The translations under genes and the position numbers were made by a program. 64,000 nt of DNA from Thalia democratica (Eukaryota): positions 48,918,001 through 48,982,000 of the forward strand of contig OZ241832.1 of the NCBI GenBank assembly GCA_965202585.1, in the 5' to 3' direction. Below, piece by piece: positions 1 to 11,873 of this stretch (its first letter is position 1; each line of letters starts with the position of its first letter). The notes under the pieces were generated by a model that worked only from the letters and a program-made list of their open reading frames with translations, was not told the origin of the DNA and ran no database searches.

Positions 1-88
1 TAGTTTGTTTATATAACCAAAAATTTTTTGTTTAAAATGTGTCCTAAATTACTAAATTTAAGCTTTTGAAATTATATCAAATTAACAG

Positions 89-1404
89 AAGCAAATGAAG
101 ATGAAGCAAACTACTCACGAGAGTTACCAAATGAACCAATCAATGTTGAAAGTAATATTAAAACAAAGGATAATGAGATTGCAGTTGCTCATCTGCTCCA
201 ATCCGAAGAGCATTCTAAACAAAACTTTAAAAGAAATATTCAAGAAAATAAAGTTGTCACAAAAACGTACAAGACCTTTTATCAAGAAAATTTAAAAAAT
301 AATAGTTTGAGTGTTTCTGATTTGATTGAAGATGACAAACAAAGTTCAAACGGAATATCTAAGACTGACAAAATTGACGATTTATCCTTTTTAACGGAGT
401 TGCAAGACAAAACTTCTAATCAAAAGTGTGTACAAGACAAAGTCGAAGTTGCTCGAAAAGATTTGTTATACGCTAAATTTACTAATGTTGATACGATGGA
501 ATGTAAAACTTTTGCATATAAATCTGCAAATACAAACCCTGACATAAGAAAAACTACAACTGATGTATCTGCATATAACCTACTACACCAAAATCCAGCT
601 ACAGTTTCTGACTTAAAGACCAAACCAGAATTATCGTTGGAGCCTCAAAAAGCCGTAGTCATTCCCATGCAAGGAGGTGAGCCCCACCCTAGTGTTGTAA
701 GAGATGAAAAAACAATTAATAAACCGAAATTCGTTCAAAAAGAATCAAAACAGCAGCTGATTTCTGAAACAACCAGTGTCCAAACAGAAAGTCCGGTGAT
801 AACCAACAATGAACAAAAAACAAACATAAAATGTACTAACGTTTCTAAACAATCAACAAGCAATTTAGTTAGTAAGTCGCAACCCCAAACACCGTTGAAA
901 AATATCGTCCACGAAAGAGCATACCAGTCAACTTTCAGCGGCTACCCATCGAGCTTATTTTACGGTGGCTATTCTTTTTCAGCTCCACTGATAAGTTCCA
1001 ACATTTATTCAGCAACCACCTACGCTCAAGCACATCATAATCAGTTCGGTAAATCTATGATTAAAAGCAGCCAACCGCCAGATTCAAACTTTTCAAAGCA
1101 CACACCAAGTAGGCAAGTAGACGATAAAAGTGAAACGACAAGGGAATCAGTCGTTAAAGAGATGGAATGCAAGCAAATGCAGAATACAGATAAATTAGAG
1201 CAGCCAAAAGTTTGCAGAAGTCGTTCCCGATCAGTAAACTTTGATCAAGCAAAACAGATAGACGCATCTTCAAATTTTTCTGTAAAACCAAGGTTGAAAC
1301 AAAGTTTGTTGTCGCAGAATCATTTTCAAAAAAGTACTGGTGATCAAAAAGTGAAACAGCTTAAAAGTTTAATTTGTTCAAAATCCTCTGCGGTTAATAA
1401 ACAA
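89..1404 (+). CDS. Large internal exon (1316 nt) of gene 1
   Basis: Acceptor ttaacAG|AA at 87-88, stop-free frame and donor CAA|GTAAGT at 1405. Contains the 368-aa track ORF, whose initial M is a TTG. Confidence 0.85.
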
Positions 1405-3720
1405 GTAAGTTAATTAGTTGCCTCATTTACAACATTGACTATATTTTTCAACAAAAATATTACTGATTATTAGTAAAGCCTTTAGAAGAATGTGTGTTTC
1501 GTGTATATAAGCTATTGTTATAGTTTTAAAGTATAAGTTTTTTGGTTTAAGATTATTTTGTTGCTTTTTTAATTTAGGTTATTCAGCCTTTAAAAAGAAA
1601 GCATTCAGAATATTGTTCAGTTGATGAAACCGATTTGTTTGGAAATAATAAACTGATGCGTAGTTCATCGCATGCTAATATGCTATATTCAGCTCAAAAT
1701 AAAAAAGTGTCTCAAGATAGATATTCATCAACTCCAAAATTACTCTTTAATGAGACTAAGGTTTTTAAACTTACAAATTTCGAGAAGTATTTTTTAAAGA
1801 TTTTTAAAGTTCTTCTTAATTTAACTATCAACTTCTATCATTATTGTTCAGATTGCAAAACTTTTCGCCAAACTAATTGATTTATACTATACAGAAAAAA
1901 TATACATCTTTTTCGCATGAGAATAAATTAGAAGTTTTGAACAAGCGTTTACCAATCTCTAAAAATCTAATGCCTACAGCAAGATTTGAAACTCAAATGG
2001 GTGGGTTTCTATTGAACCAAGAGAAAACAAGACTTCAAATAATGAAAGGAGGTTTACAAGTAATTATTGTTAGTACTGCCTATGTAAAAGGAGAATACAA
2101 AGGATAGTATTTAGTTTTTCAGCCTCGTCTAAATAATATTTTTGGTAGTTTAATTCTTCTAAATAGCATTTAAAATGTAGTTGAGTAATTTTATATATTT
2201 TATAATTTTATATGATCTAATAATTGTTTAAACATGTTTTCAAGTCTAATTTAACTTTTAAAACTAGGACCACTGCAGAAAAATACGGAGAGAACAAGTT
2301 TTAATAATAAGTCAAAAAACAATAGTGTAGATAAGAATAAAGATGAGTTATTAAGACAACCACGTGAAAACCAAGCTGATAGGTAACTACAAAATTATTT
2401 TTTCTTGTAGTTTGCATCGAAATTTGATACACTAAATATTTTTCAAAAGTTTCAGAAAATTAAGCGATGAAGATCAAACAAGTAAACTAAATGGAAAAAA
2501 TTCTTTCTTTGCTAACGAGAGTACCAAAAAGAAAATTTCTGAACATGAAAATCAAACATGCTTGCTTCCTTTGCAACAACAAAGTGTTTTAAACACTAGT
2601 TCTTGCATCAGTGGTACATCATATAGAAGCAGTTTTGAAGGTATGATTTTAAAATAATCACTAAATGTATGTAAATTTAGATCAGAACAAAAACGTGTAA
2701 AAAAAAGAGCTAACACATTTTTCAAAAAACTTTTGAAAATTGAGAGTTTCGATTAATTAACATTTAAAAGAAAAGGAAAACAACAAAACACTTCTATGAT
2801 TGCTAAAACTAGTCAAGTTGAAACTTATCATCAAAAAACCTTGGTTCAAAAATCAGAACCACTACAAAGAGCTCAAAGTGCGAATCTACATTACAACTTG
2901 CATCAACAAAGTTTTCCTTGCTTGTCTCAAGATCAGTTGTTCCGATTTGTAAACCCGCAAGATCAATTAAACAGGTTCATCTCGCCAGTTTCTTATCAAA
3001 AAGGCCTTCCTTTTTTCAGCCACCCTTTTGCTAACCACTTGCTGGCTGCTCAGCAAACTTTTATGTATCCAAGTAAGTGTAATAATGTAACTTATTTTAA
3101 GTTTTTCTAATAACTGTAATAACAAAAATATATTTTGTGCGCTAAACATATGAAAAAAGTACAAACTTAAAAATTTAACCAATCTTCGAAAAAGATTATA
3201 TTTAACTTGACTTTTTATCTTCTTTTATTCTATAAAAAAACTTAGAATTTTTTCATTGTCAGCTTTTATCTATAGAATAAAAAGAAAATAGTAAACTATA
3301 ATTTAGTATAAAGCCTAAAACTGTTTTTTTTAAATCTCGTTTTCTCTAAAATTTCAACAAATAGAGAAACATAAGTTTTAGTTTAAAATTTTTGCGTAAA
3401 AGTTTAAAAAAGCTCACTTTTTCAAAAATTTCTTATTAAAAATTATTATAGTCAAAAGTTTGAGCAAACTAACCTATTATCAAACAAAAATTTTACTTTT
3501 ATATGGCGTATGTATGTAAATTAAAACTAAAACTAAAGTAACCTCTATTACTTACTTCTAATGACAAACGAATACTTTTGTAAGTAACATTTCTAGTATA
3601 CGAGCTTATGACAACATGCTTTCAACAATTTTAATTTCAGGCGTACTCCGACCTGGTCTACAATTTCCGCAAGTTTCTGTTCCGAGACCATTTTATCCTC
3701 AGCAATCTGAAGAACAATAA
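89..3720 (+). CDS. 3' part of an unidentified multi-exon gene; low-complexity S/T/K/Q/N-rich protein with a P/Q-rich C-terminus (5' end upstream of the window)
   Basis: Phase-compatible GT-AG chain read by eye: 89-1404, 1578-1760, 1895-2051 (or 2059), 2268 (or 2279)-2382, 2456-2640, 2776-3072, 3641-3720. It ends ...SVLRPGLQFPQVSVPRPFYPQQSEEQ-TAA, with AATAAA at 3932-3937. The frame of the 307..1413 ORF is open back to the acceptor at 87-88. The 2776 acceptor is purine-rich and the least certain. No domain recognised. Confidence 0.8.
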
Positions 3721-6700
3721 AAAACTTTCAAAAACATTATGTTATTTAAAGTCAATAATACTTTAGAAATATAAGGAAGTGACAAACAACTGTTAAGTAC
3801 TTGTTCAAAGAGAAATTGGTTTCAATTGAAACATAGTTTTGTTACTATTAATTAATTTCAACGTTTCTTTTTTTGTTGCCTTTTGATTTTCTTGTTAATA
3901 TATTTTAAGTTCTTTTATTTAGAAATTTTGTAATAAAAAAACTTAAACTATACTTATTGTTAACCACACTCATACTGATAATCAAAAAGTAATTGAAAAA
4001 CACCTACCTAATAAACAAAACTAATATTTACAGCAAACGATTTCAATTTTTTCAATTTTTTTTGTGTATTTTTAAAGTAAGTTTTAATCAAATGAGAAAC
4101 TTTTTCGTAACTTAAATTTTGTTTTATAAATAAAACCTCCTAGCTTTAAAGAATTAGTGTACTATAAAAAATAAAAAGTAAAAATTTTAAAGATCTTACA
4201 AAGCTTATACTTACTTTCAGTTTTGCATTTCTAGTCTAAAAGTTTGTAACTAAAGAGTTCAAAAACTACTTGTTACAAACTGTTTATAGTCAAATTTCAA
4301 TACTTATTAGTCTGTTTTAGTTTTTAAGCTGTCAAAGAAATCCAAGACATTTGTTACAGTTTATAAATATATCTTATTTAATTAATTTATAGCAATTTAA
4401 AAAACAGTATAATTTTTTTACAGTTTTTTCTACTAACTATAACTTACTATTGTAAACTACATTTAATTTCGTTTGAATTTTATTGTCATGCATCTTGTTA
4501 TTGAGGTTTAGTGTAAAATTTATTTGCACATAATATCACACTTAAATCAGTGCAGATTATAAGCAGATAACTTTTCATATCAGAAAAAATACAGTGACAT
4601 ATACGTACTGATTACTTTTAGTACAAGAACTTTTATTATTTAAATTTTAAATTTTAAAGAGTAAAATATACTACTACAGAAAATTATTTTATTTGCTCCT
4701 TAATCATATAAACATATAAGAATTTTTATATTAAGAGAACATTTTCTGCGTTAAGTTTGTTTAGCAAAAAAGCAAAATAATTCCATTTTTTTACTATAAT
4801 AATTTTTCTAAATAAAAGATTTAAAATAATTTAAAAAATAAAAACTCTTTATAAAAACAGAATAGTATAAAAAATAAGCTTATTTTTTGAAAATGAATCA
4901 AAGTAGTTTATTGTTTTTTAACATCTTACTTAGTACATAAACTACAATTATATCATAAAACTTTTTTTTAATACATTTTAGCAAATAACAAACTTTTATG
5001 TTTATTAAAAGTTTAAAATAAAGATATCTGGTTGCTTTTAGTTTATCTTATAAATAAAAACATATTAACAGTTTCGTAACAAACATCTTTTTTTTACTAC
5101 CTTTTATAAGTATAAAATATTCACAGAAATTGTGTATTTGAGAAATTTTGAATAAAAATCTTAATTTTTTTGATAATAATTTTTGAATTTATATACTTAT
5201 AGCATTGGTTATTATAAAATGTGATAATTAAATTTTGCCAGTTAAAGTTTGAATAAACATACATTGATAACAATTGAGTAAATTTTAGATTTTAGATCTT
5301 TAAATTTCAGAACTAAAACTTAAGCACAAATGGTGTCTTATTCATTATCTCTTTGAAATAAATAGCTTAGCTTAATATTTTAAATTTTTAATAAAGCCTT
5401 TTATATCCGGATAAAGTCTTCCATAATCCGTAGTAATTTTAAAAATAAAAGCAAAGTAAAGTCATTTTAAAACAATATTTTATTTATAGTTAATTTAGTA
5501 CCACAACTAATTCCAGAAAATATTTTAAAATTTTTAATATAAAAAACGAGAAATCTTGTTATATTAAAAAGTAAAATCTTATTACAGTTATTTTGTAAAG
5601 AGAACAAACAGTAGTTTATTGATAAGTAACGTACTGCGTTAAATAATATAACGTAAATTTCTCAGATTAATCTAAAATAGTATATAAACATAAGCTATAA
5701 AGTAATTAAAAAAATAATAATTAAATATAAAAAATAATATGGTTTGTGTAACATGAAACAGTAGGTTTATGAGAATATAATTTCCACGCTCAAAATTTGA
5801 TGTATATTTAAAAACAATGAGTAAACTACGAAATTTAAATTCAAGTTACATAGTTTTCAATTTAGGAATAGAAACCTGCTGACATAAAACAAGTTAGTTT
5901 AAAACAAAATTTGAAGTTTTAATGTATAATTATTTCTTATTGTACAAATAATTACTTTTCAAGCTTAAACACATCATTTACAAAATTAAGAACATGCTTG
6001 CATTTATTTAAGCATTAAAATACTACTTATGAAATTAGTACCTCTATACGTTTTCTATTTGACATACCTTATCTATTTTTTATACCTGTTCACTGAATAT
6101 TCGTAAAATCTTGAAATCAAATTGTAGTTAAAATGATTTATATGTTTTCATTCGCTCACCGATTTCAAGAAAAACAATGCTTTTGAGCTGACCCATATAA
6201 TGATCAAGTAATAAAACAATTATTGGCTTTTGAAAATATCTTTTCGAGAATGTATTTTATCAAGAAGCAATTTTAATGTTTTCGTGCAAAATAAGCAGTC
6301 GCCAAATAATACTGAAACCATAAACCAGAATACTTGTATGTTATAAATCTACTGTGTTTGCAATCTGTGGTCATAGAAATTTCTATCTACATAACCCTAT
6401 AGTTTATAGTTTTCATCAACTACAATGGAAAAAATTATATAAATTAGAAAAACAAGGCCCTTATATGAGGATTATTGCTCTTAAATAATGCACCTAGTTA
6501 AGTGCAACTAACTCGTTTGAACTATTCTTGGGCCTATTATTATTTGATTATAGCTAAAAAATAATAACTAATATTGAATTGAAGTCACTAGTCTACTGGA
6601 TATGTGAGCAAAGTAAGGTCATTAATATGGAAGTATGATTTGTCTGACATCAAAATTTTTAGAATAAAATTATCTTAGTTAATTTGCGCCAGTTATTTAA

Positions 6701-8021
6701 GCTTTGATTGAAACCTTTACTTGTAACTCGTATGATTTCCGTTCTTTCATTGTTTACACTTACACGAAAAGAATTGAGGCTATGAAAAACTATTAACTAA
6801 AATATTCAAGAAATTTAAAAGTATTTGAGTAAATGTTGTTGCAGGTATTTTCTTTTTTTTTTACTCTATTGCTATTTTAATCTGTTTTTATACTTCAAGA
6901 TCTTCTAGTTTTTGTTATAAGATAAGTTATAAGTTAGATCTTATAAGAATTTTTGTCCTTTACTGTTTCTTTGTATCTAAAAGCGACGAACTGTACTTCA
7001 TATGGACTTTCAGAAGGTAAATTTAATAACTGGTTTAAGTTTAGCTTACTGACTTAAGACTTTCGCAGAGTAGTTTAATAATTTATGATCATTTATGTTT
7101 AGAAGGTAGTAATATTTGTATATATAATTTAAATTTTGTTTAAAGCTTATAGTTTTAAAACAACTATGCTTAACAATCCGACAACGTGCTCAAAAACTTT
7201 GATTACCTTAGAAATATTTAAAAAAGCGCATTTAACTTATTATTACGTTGAAAACTTAAACATCTTTATTTATTTTATACAGAATAGTTTAGTGTTGTTT
7301 TGAACTGCTTAGTAGTTTAAACTTTTATTTATTTTGTATTAGTAGTCTACTAAGACAAAATATTTTTTATCCCTTGTTTCAAAACTGAAACTAACTTTGT
7401 TGTACAATACGTTCCAAGTCCATATATGTTTGATTATTGTACAAATTGTAACATAAATGTATAGTAGTATTAAGAATTTGTTAATTATTTGATGATAAGA
7501 AATTGTGCTTATCGATCAATATAACTATGCAGTTCTATATTATATTTAATCTTTTACGTTTATCGTTAAAATGTTAAGCAATTACGGATTTTAATATAAA
7601 ATAAATTTAAACATTAAACTTTCTGTTCTGATTGATCAATAACTCAGCTTTTGAATTTATTTTGTATTATACTTACTAGTTAAATTGTAAATAGATTTTT
7701 AGAACAAAGTTAGATAAAATGTTTAACAACTACTATAAACAAGAATTTTCACCCAAAGCAACCAAAATTGTAAAAAGTAAATTTGAAATAGGTGTTAACT
7801 GTTAACAAGGTGTAATAAAATTTAAACTTAAGATACCAACAATAAATTATATTATTTATTTACAACAAACAAAAAATACTTAATTTTACTTATTGATTTG
7901 TTACGTAAGAATAATTTAACTTATTAAACTTGGTTTTTACTTAAGTTTATCTATACTAGAAATGTTTTTACTCAGACCTAACTTTTGATAAATAGAAACA
8001 AAATTGTAAAGCTTTAGAAAA

Positions 8022-9351
8022 TTAAATAAAAGTATACAATAAGTTAATGGTGATTAAAACAAGACATAGAAACGATGTATTATTTACTAATACAGCTGAA
8101 GAAACTTTATTTGTATATGAGTTCCATTTAATTAATAATTCAATTGGATGTCTCAACACGTTAAGTTGTAAAATCAAACTGTTTGTTTCAGAAACGAAAA
8201 AAGTGAAATATTTTTCGCACAAATCAATTTCAATCTTGTTTTCTTTTTCTTGAATCAGCAAAGTGTTTTTGAAGCAGCTACCATCGCTTACAGAAAAAAA
8301 TTCTAGCTTAATATTTCTACCTTTTATAACTTTTATTTCTCGGAAGCACACCAAACCACCAGTGTTAAGTTTTATAAAATAAAACTCCCCGAACCCTGCA
8401 CCCGTTTCTTCGCTCGCATCGCAAAACAAAACCCTGTTGAAGCGGCCGCCGGTCACCACGTTCACCCACCCGTACACTGAGCTGACCCTGGTGTACACTC
8501 CGGGAAAGTCTTTGTCGGCGCAACCGGCGCCAAACGAAACCACGCCAGCTTGGTACCAGGTCCCTGAAGACCTCAGGCAGACCAACGGACCACCCGAATC
8601 GCCTTGGCAAGCGTCCACGCCGCCTTGGTTCAAATTTCCAGCGCAAATGTGGGACTTTCTGTTGATAACGCCGTAACCGTAACTTTTCGCGCAACTTTCG
8701 TGATCTACCAAGGGAACTGTGACCTGTTGCAAAGTGGTTGCCAAGGGTCCTTTACTATGCAGCCTGCCCCATCCTGTTGTTGTGCAAATTGAATCTTTAA
8801 TAATTTGTTTTGGTAGTTGTATTGGTTGTAAGCAAACTGGTTGAATCAGTTCATTGAAAACAATTTCCTTTAGAGATTTTAACAAGGCAACGTCGTACAG
8901 CGAAGTAGAGAAATAATAATCGGGATGCAGAATTATTTGATCAACAAGTAAGATTTTCAGGTCAGAAGTTGGATTTTCTAGATCGTACAGACCAGCGAAT
9001 ATCTTCACTGATGAAGGTTTGGAGCCAACGAAGCAATGAGCTGCGGACAATGTCCACATGGAAGTTATTATTGACCCACCGCATACAGACTGTTGCTGAT
9101 TGGACGTGATGAGAACTTGCCACGGCCAACTACCAATCGAGGCGTCTCTTCCTCCCACGATCCTCGCATCTACTTCTTGGTCAGCTTCCTTTTTCCCAGA
9201 TTTGCTGCTGCTTGAAGTTTTACGCGCACTATCAGTACGACTTCCAACTTCTTTCAATACAGGTTTTTCGTGAGCATTAAGCTCGATGTTTTCTAATAAT
9301 TTTTTTATGTATTGTTTTCTGTGTTCTTGTTTCGACACCTTGGTTTGCTCT
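8022..9351 (-). CDS. Trypsin-like S1A serine protease with a degenerate C-terminal CUB domain and a GPI-signal-like tail; terminal exon carrying nearly the whole CDS
   Basis: Activation site DAR|IVGG (I codon 9161-9159); LSAAHC (His codon 9038-9036); YDVALL (Asp 8894-8892); DACQGDSGGP (Ser 8597-8595; Asp189-equivalent indicates trypsin specificity); PGVYTRVS. Four-Cys CUB-like region at about 8423-8115. Hydrophobic C-terminus FLCLVLITINLLYTFI-stop. The track M at 9338 is a GTG; an acceptor tttttatttAG at 9353-9352 opens the exon in phase 2. Confidence 0.95.
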
Positions 9352-9614
9352 CTAAATAAAAAACACTGTAAATTATTTGTATATTTAATCCAACAAATAA
9401 GTTATAAGCAAAAATCTTAAAAAAATAGTTTAAAAAAAATTAATCAGTTGAAAAAGTATGTATCTAGAACCTAGATGATTGTGAATATAAAAGTTGCAAG
9501 TTTAAAGTACATAACTATATACAACTTGCAAAATACTTGATTAGTTTAACTGGGGGTTGTTTGAATGTGTTTAACTAACAACACAGCTTCACTTAGTTTA
9601 AAAAAAATAGTTAC

Positions 9615-9679
9615 TTTATAAAGCAGAAGTAACAGAACTTCAGAAACTCCGTTGAGTGTTTATTTTTTTGAATTAACAT
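9615..9679 (-). CDS. Candidate first coding exon of the protease (MLIQKNKHSTEFLKFCYFCFI-K)
   Basis: ATG at 9679-9677, 21 codons plus 2 nt, then donor AA|GTAACT at 9614. Phase 2 matches the 9351 acceptor. It is only a weak signal-peptide candidate. Confidence 0.3.
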
Positions 9680-11840
9680 TAGTATTAAATTATACTGGAA
9701 TGATTTTGTTCGTTTTTGTGAAAATAATAAAAACAAAACAGTGTAAAGTCAGTTCAAGATTGTTTACAGGAAAAACTCACGGCTTAAGAAGTATATGCTT
9801 ATGTTATGATTACCAGTATAAATTGGTTGTTATAGTTTTTAATCGTTAATTTAGCATTGTACAAGTTTGAAAACTTAGAATACTTTGTAATCAATTTATG
9901 TTTAAAGTATAGCTTAAGTACTAAGAAGTAACTTTGTTCATACTTTTAGTAAAACCTAAACACACTTAAAATTTAACCTACCCTTAACATTAACTTTTAA
10001 AATTGAACTCAAATGTAGTAATTACTTTTAAAAGCTTTTAATTTTATTAATGTAAAAAAACATAAATTTAAATTTATAAGTTATTTAAAATAATTTTCTT
10101 CAATGTAGTTAAATTTGTATTCAAACTTTTTGTTATGCTGTTTAAAAAATAAGCGTTAGCAGAACAGCCTTTAAAAGTCTATACTTACCTTAAGTACTTA
10201 AAAAATAAATCATTTCTAATTTAAACTCATTTTGACATTAACTAAATATAGTTTTTACTAATAAAAAAATAACTTACCCATGGAAAACTAAAAAGTATGC
10301 TGTTAAAGTAAATAGAAAACGCTTCATTGAAACTATTTATAAGTTTAAGATTTGTTTTATAAGTGTAAAAATGAATGATTCATCATCAAAAGTTTCAAAA
10401 CAAAAAGAACTCGTTGTAAATTGCATTTAAAGCTCTTTATTATTTTTAATCACACGTGTTTATTCAAGTCAACAGGTTTTTTTAAATAATTTAAAACTTA
10501 CCCTAATAAATGTACAAAAAGTATACACATACGGTTACATCTTTAAAACCAAAGTATGTTTTTTAAAATTAAATTTTTATTTTGTATTTTAATTTAATTG
10601 TTAATCTTTTAAAGAAACAGACATGCTTCCTTTTAAATTTGGCTACTTTAAATTTGCGAAGAACTGTTTTCTAAAAACAAGCATTATCATTTACATCTAA
10701 CATTTATTTTTGGTCTATATATTTAAGCTATCAAACGGATAGTAAAATAAAAAAGAAAACTATTGAAAGGGTTTCGAAAAACATAAAAAACTCCATATAT
10801 CATGTAGATGTGAAAAATTGTTGATATTTTTTTTAAAGCTTTTAAAAATCAATAATAATGGTGTTATAAAATTAAGTTTTGTTAAACAAGATGATTTTTT
10901 TAAAGCAAAAGTTCGGAATTCTTTCGCTATAATTGTTTTTTTTTTCTAATATTGAGTAATACAAAGAACTTGTTATGGAACTTTGTTAGAGTTTTTGAAC
11001 TTTTAGTTAAAGCATAAAAGTTTTTTCTCAGGTATCTTAGTTTTTATTTCAACTTATTTTTTGCAATTGGAACTATTATAACAAGCGTATGCTAGCTAAA
11101 GACTACTTGAGCTTTACTTTAGACAAAAAACATTAACAAAGATGAAAAAACTATCAAGAATATATCTGACATTGTTTAACTTAAAAAAGGGTAAAAAAAA
11201 ATTTATTTTTTAAATTGAAATATCAATATGTTTCAAAAAAATGTAAAAATGTTTCAATATATTTATAATCTTAGTTTTTTCCCTACAAACAAAACTTAAT
11301 TATAAAGAATCAACAACCGAATTTTTTTTATAATTCAGGTCATAGAACCAATTATTTTGAGCGCTTCTTTGTTATTCAATAAACAAACTATAATGGTACA
11401 TAATATATGTATCTTTTAATTTGATTAAAAACATTAGTAAACATAAGTTTTAGGTTTGAGAGTTTAATATATCAGATTTTGATTTATAGTGTTTAGGAAA
11501 TACTTAAAATTTCTTACTCCTTTTTTGTAACATTGCAATTTAGCTTTTTTCAATTAAGTTATCTGAAACAAAATAAAGTTTCATAGTTAAGTTTATATAA
11601 AGTAAGCATTTGCACATTAACTTTAACTATAAATACGTAATACTCAATATAAAAATGATACTCTTAATATTATTAAGAAAATTGTCAAGGTGGTCTTAAA
11701 AATATCATGAAGTAAGCAATAAAATAGCACCTGTTAAAGGCTATTATCAGTCTAGTTTTTACTATGAAATCTTTTCTTTTTATTATTTTTAAGAAGTACG
11801 TTTTTATTTAAAAGTTTTATTAGTTAGCTTAAAATTACCT

Positions 11841-11873
11841 CGCGGGCCGCAAATTTTGACTTTGAGGGCCGCA
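11841..11873. mobile_element. Short remnant of a hAT-type MITE sub-terminal region
   Basis: Two gggccgca motifs (cgcgggccgca...gagggccgca) in an otherwise extremely AT-rich stretch. This motif is typical of Charlie-like hAT ends, but no TIR is visible. Confidence 0.3.

Noticed and set aside
95-295. 66-aa ORF MKMKQTTHES...
   Set aside because: Out of frame with the exon that is open from 89 to 1404.
6455-6535. aggccc ... gggcct short inverted termini (Harbinger-like MITE?)
   Set aside because: Only 6 bp of inversion and no TWA target duplication.
8047-8792. Overlapping ORFs 8047-8253, 8365-8694, 8437-8676 and 8604-8792 in the protease
   Set aside because: Explained by the GC-rich patch and antisense shadows of the protease frame.
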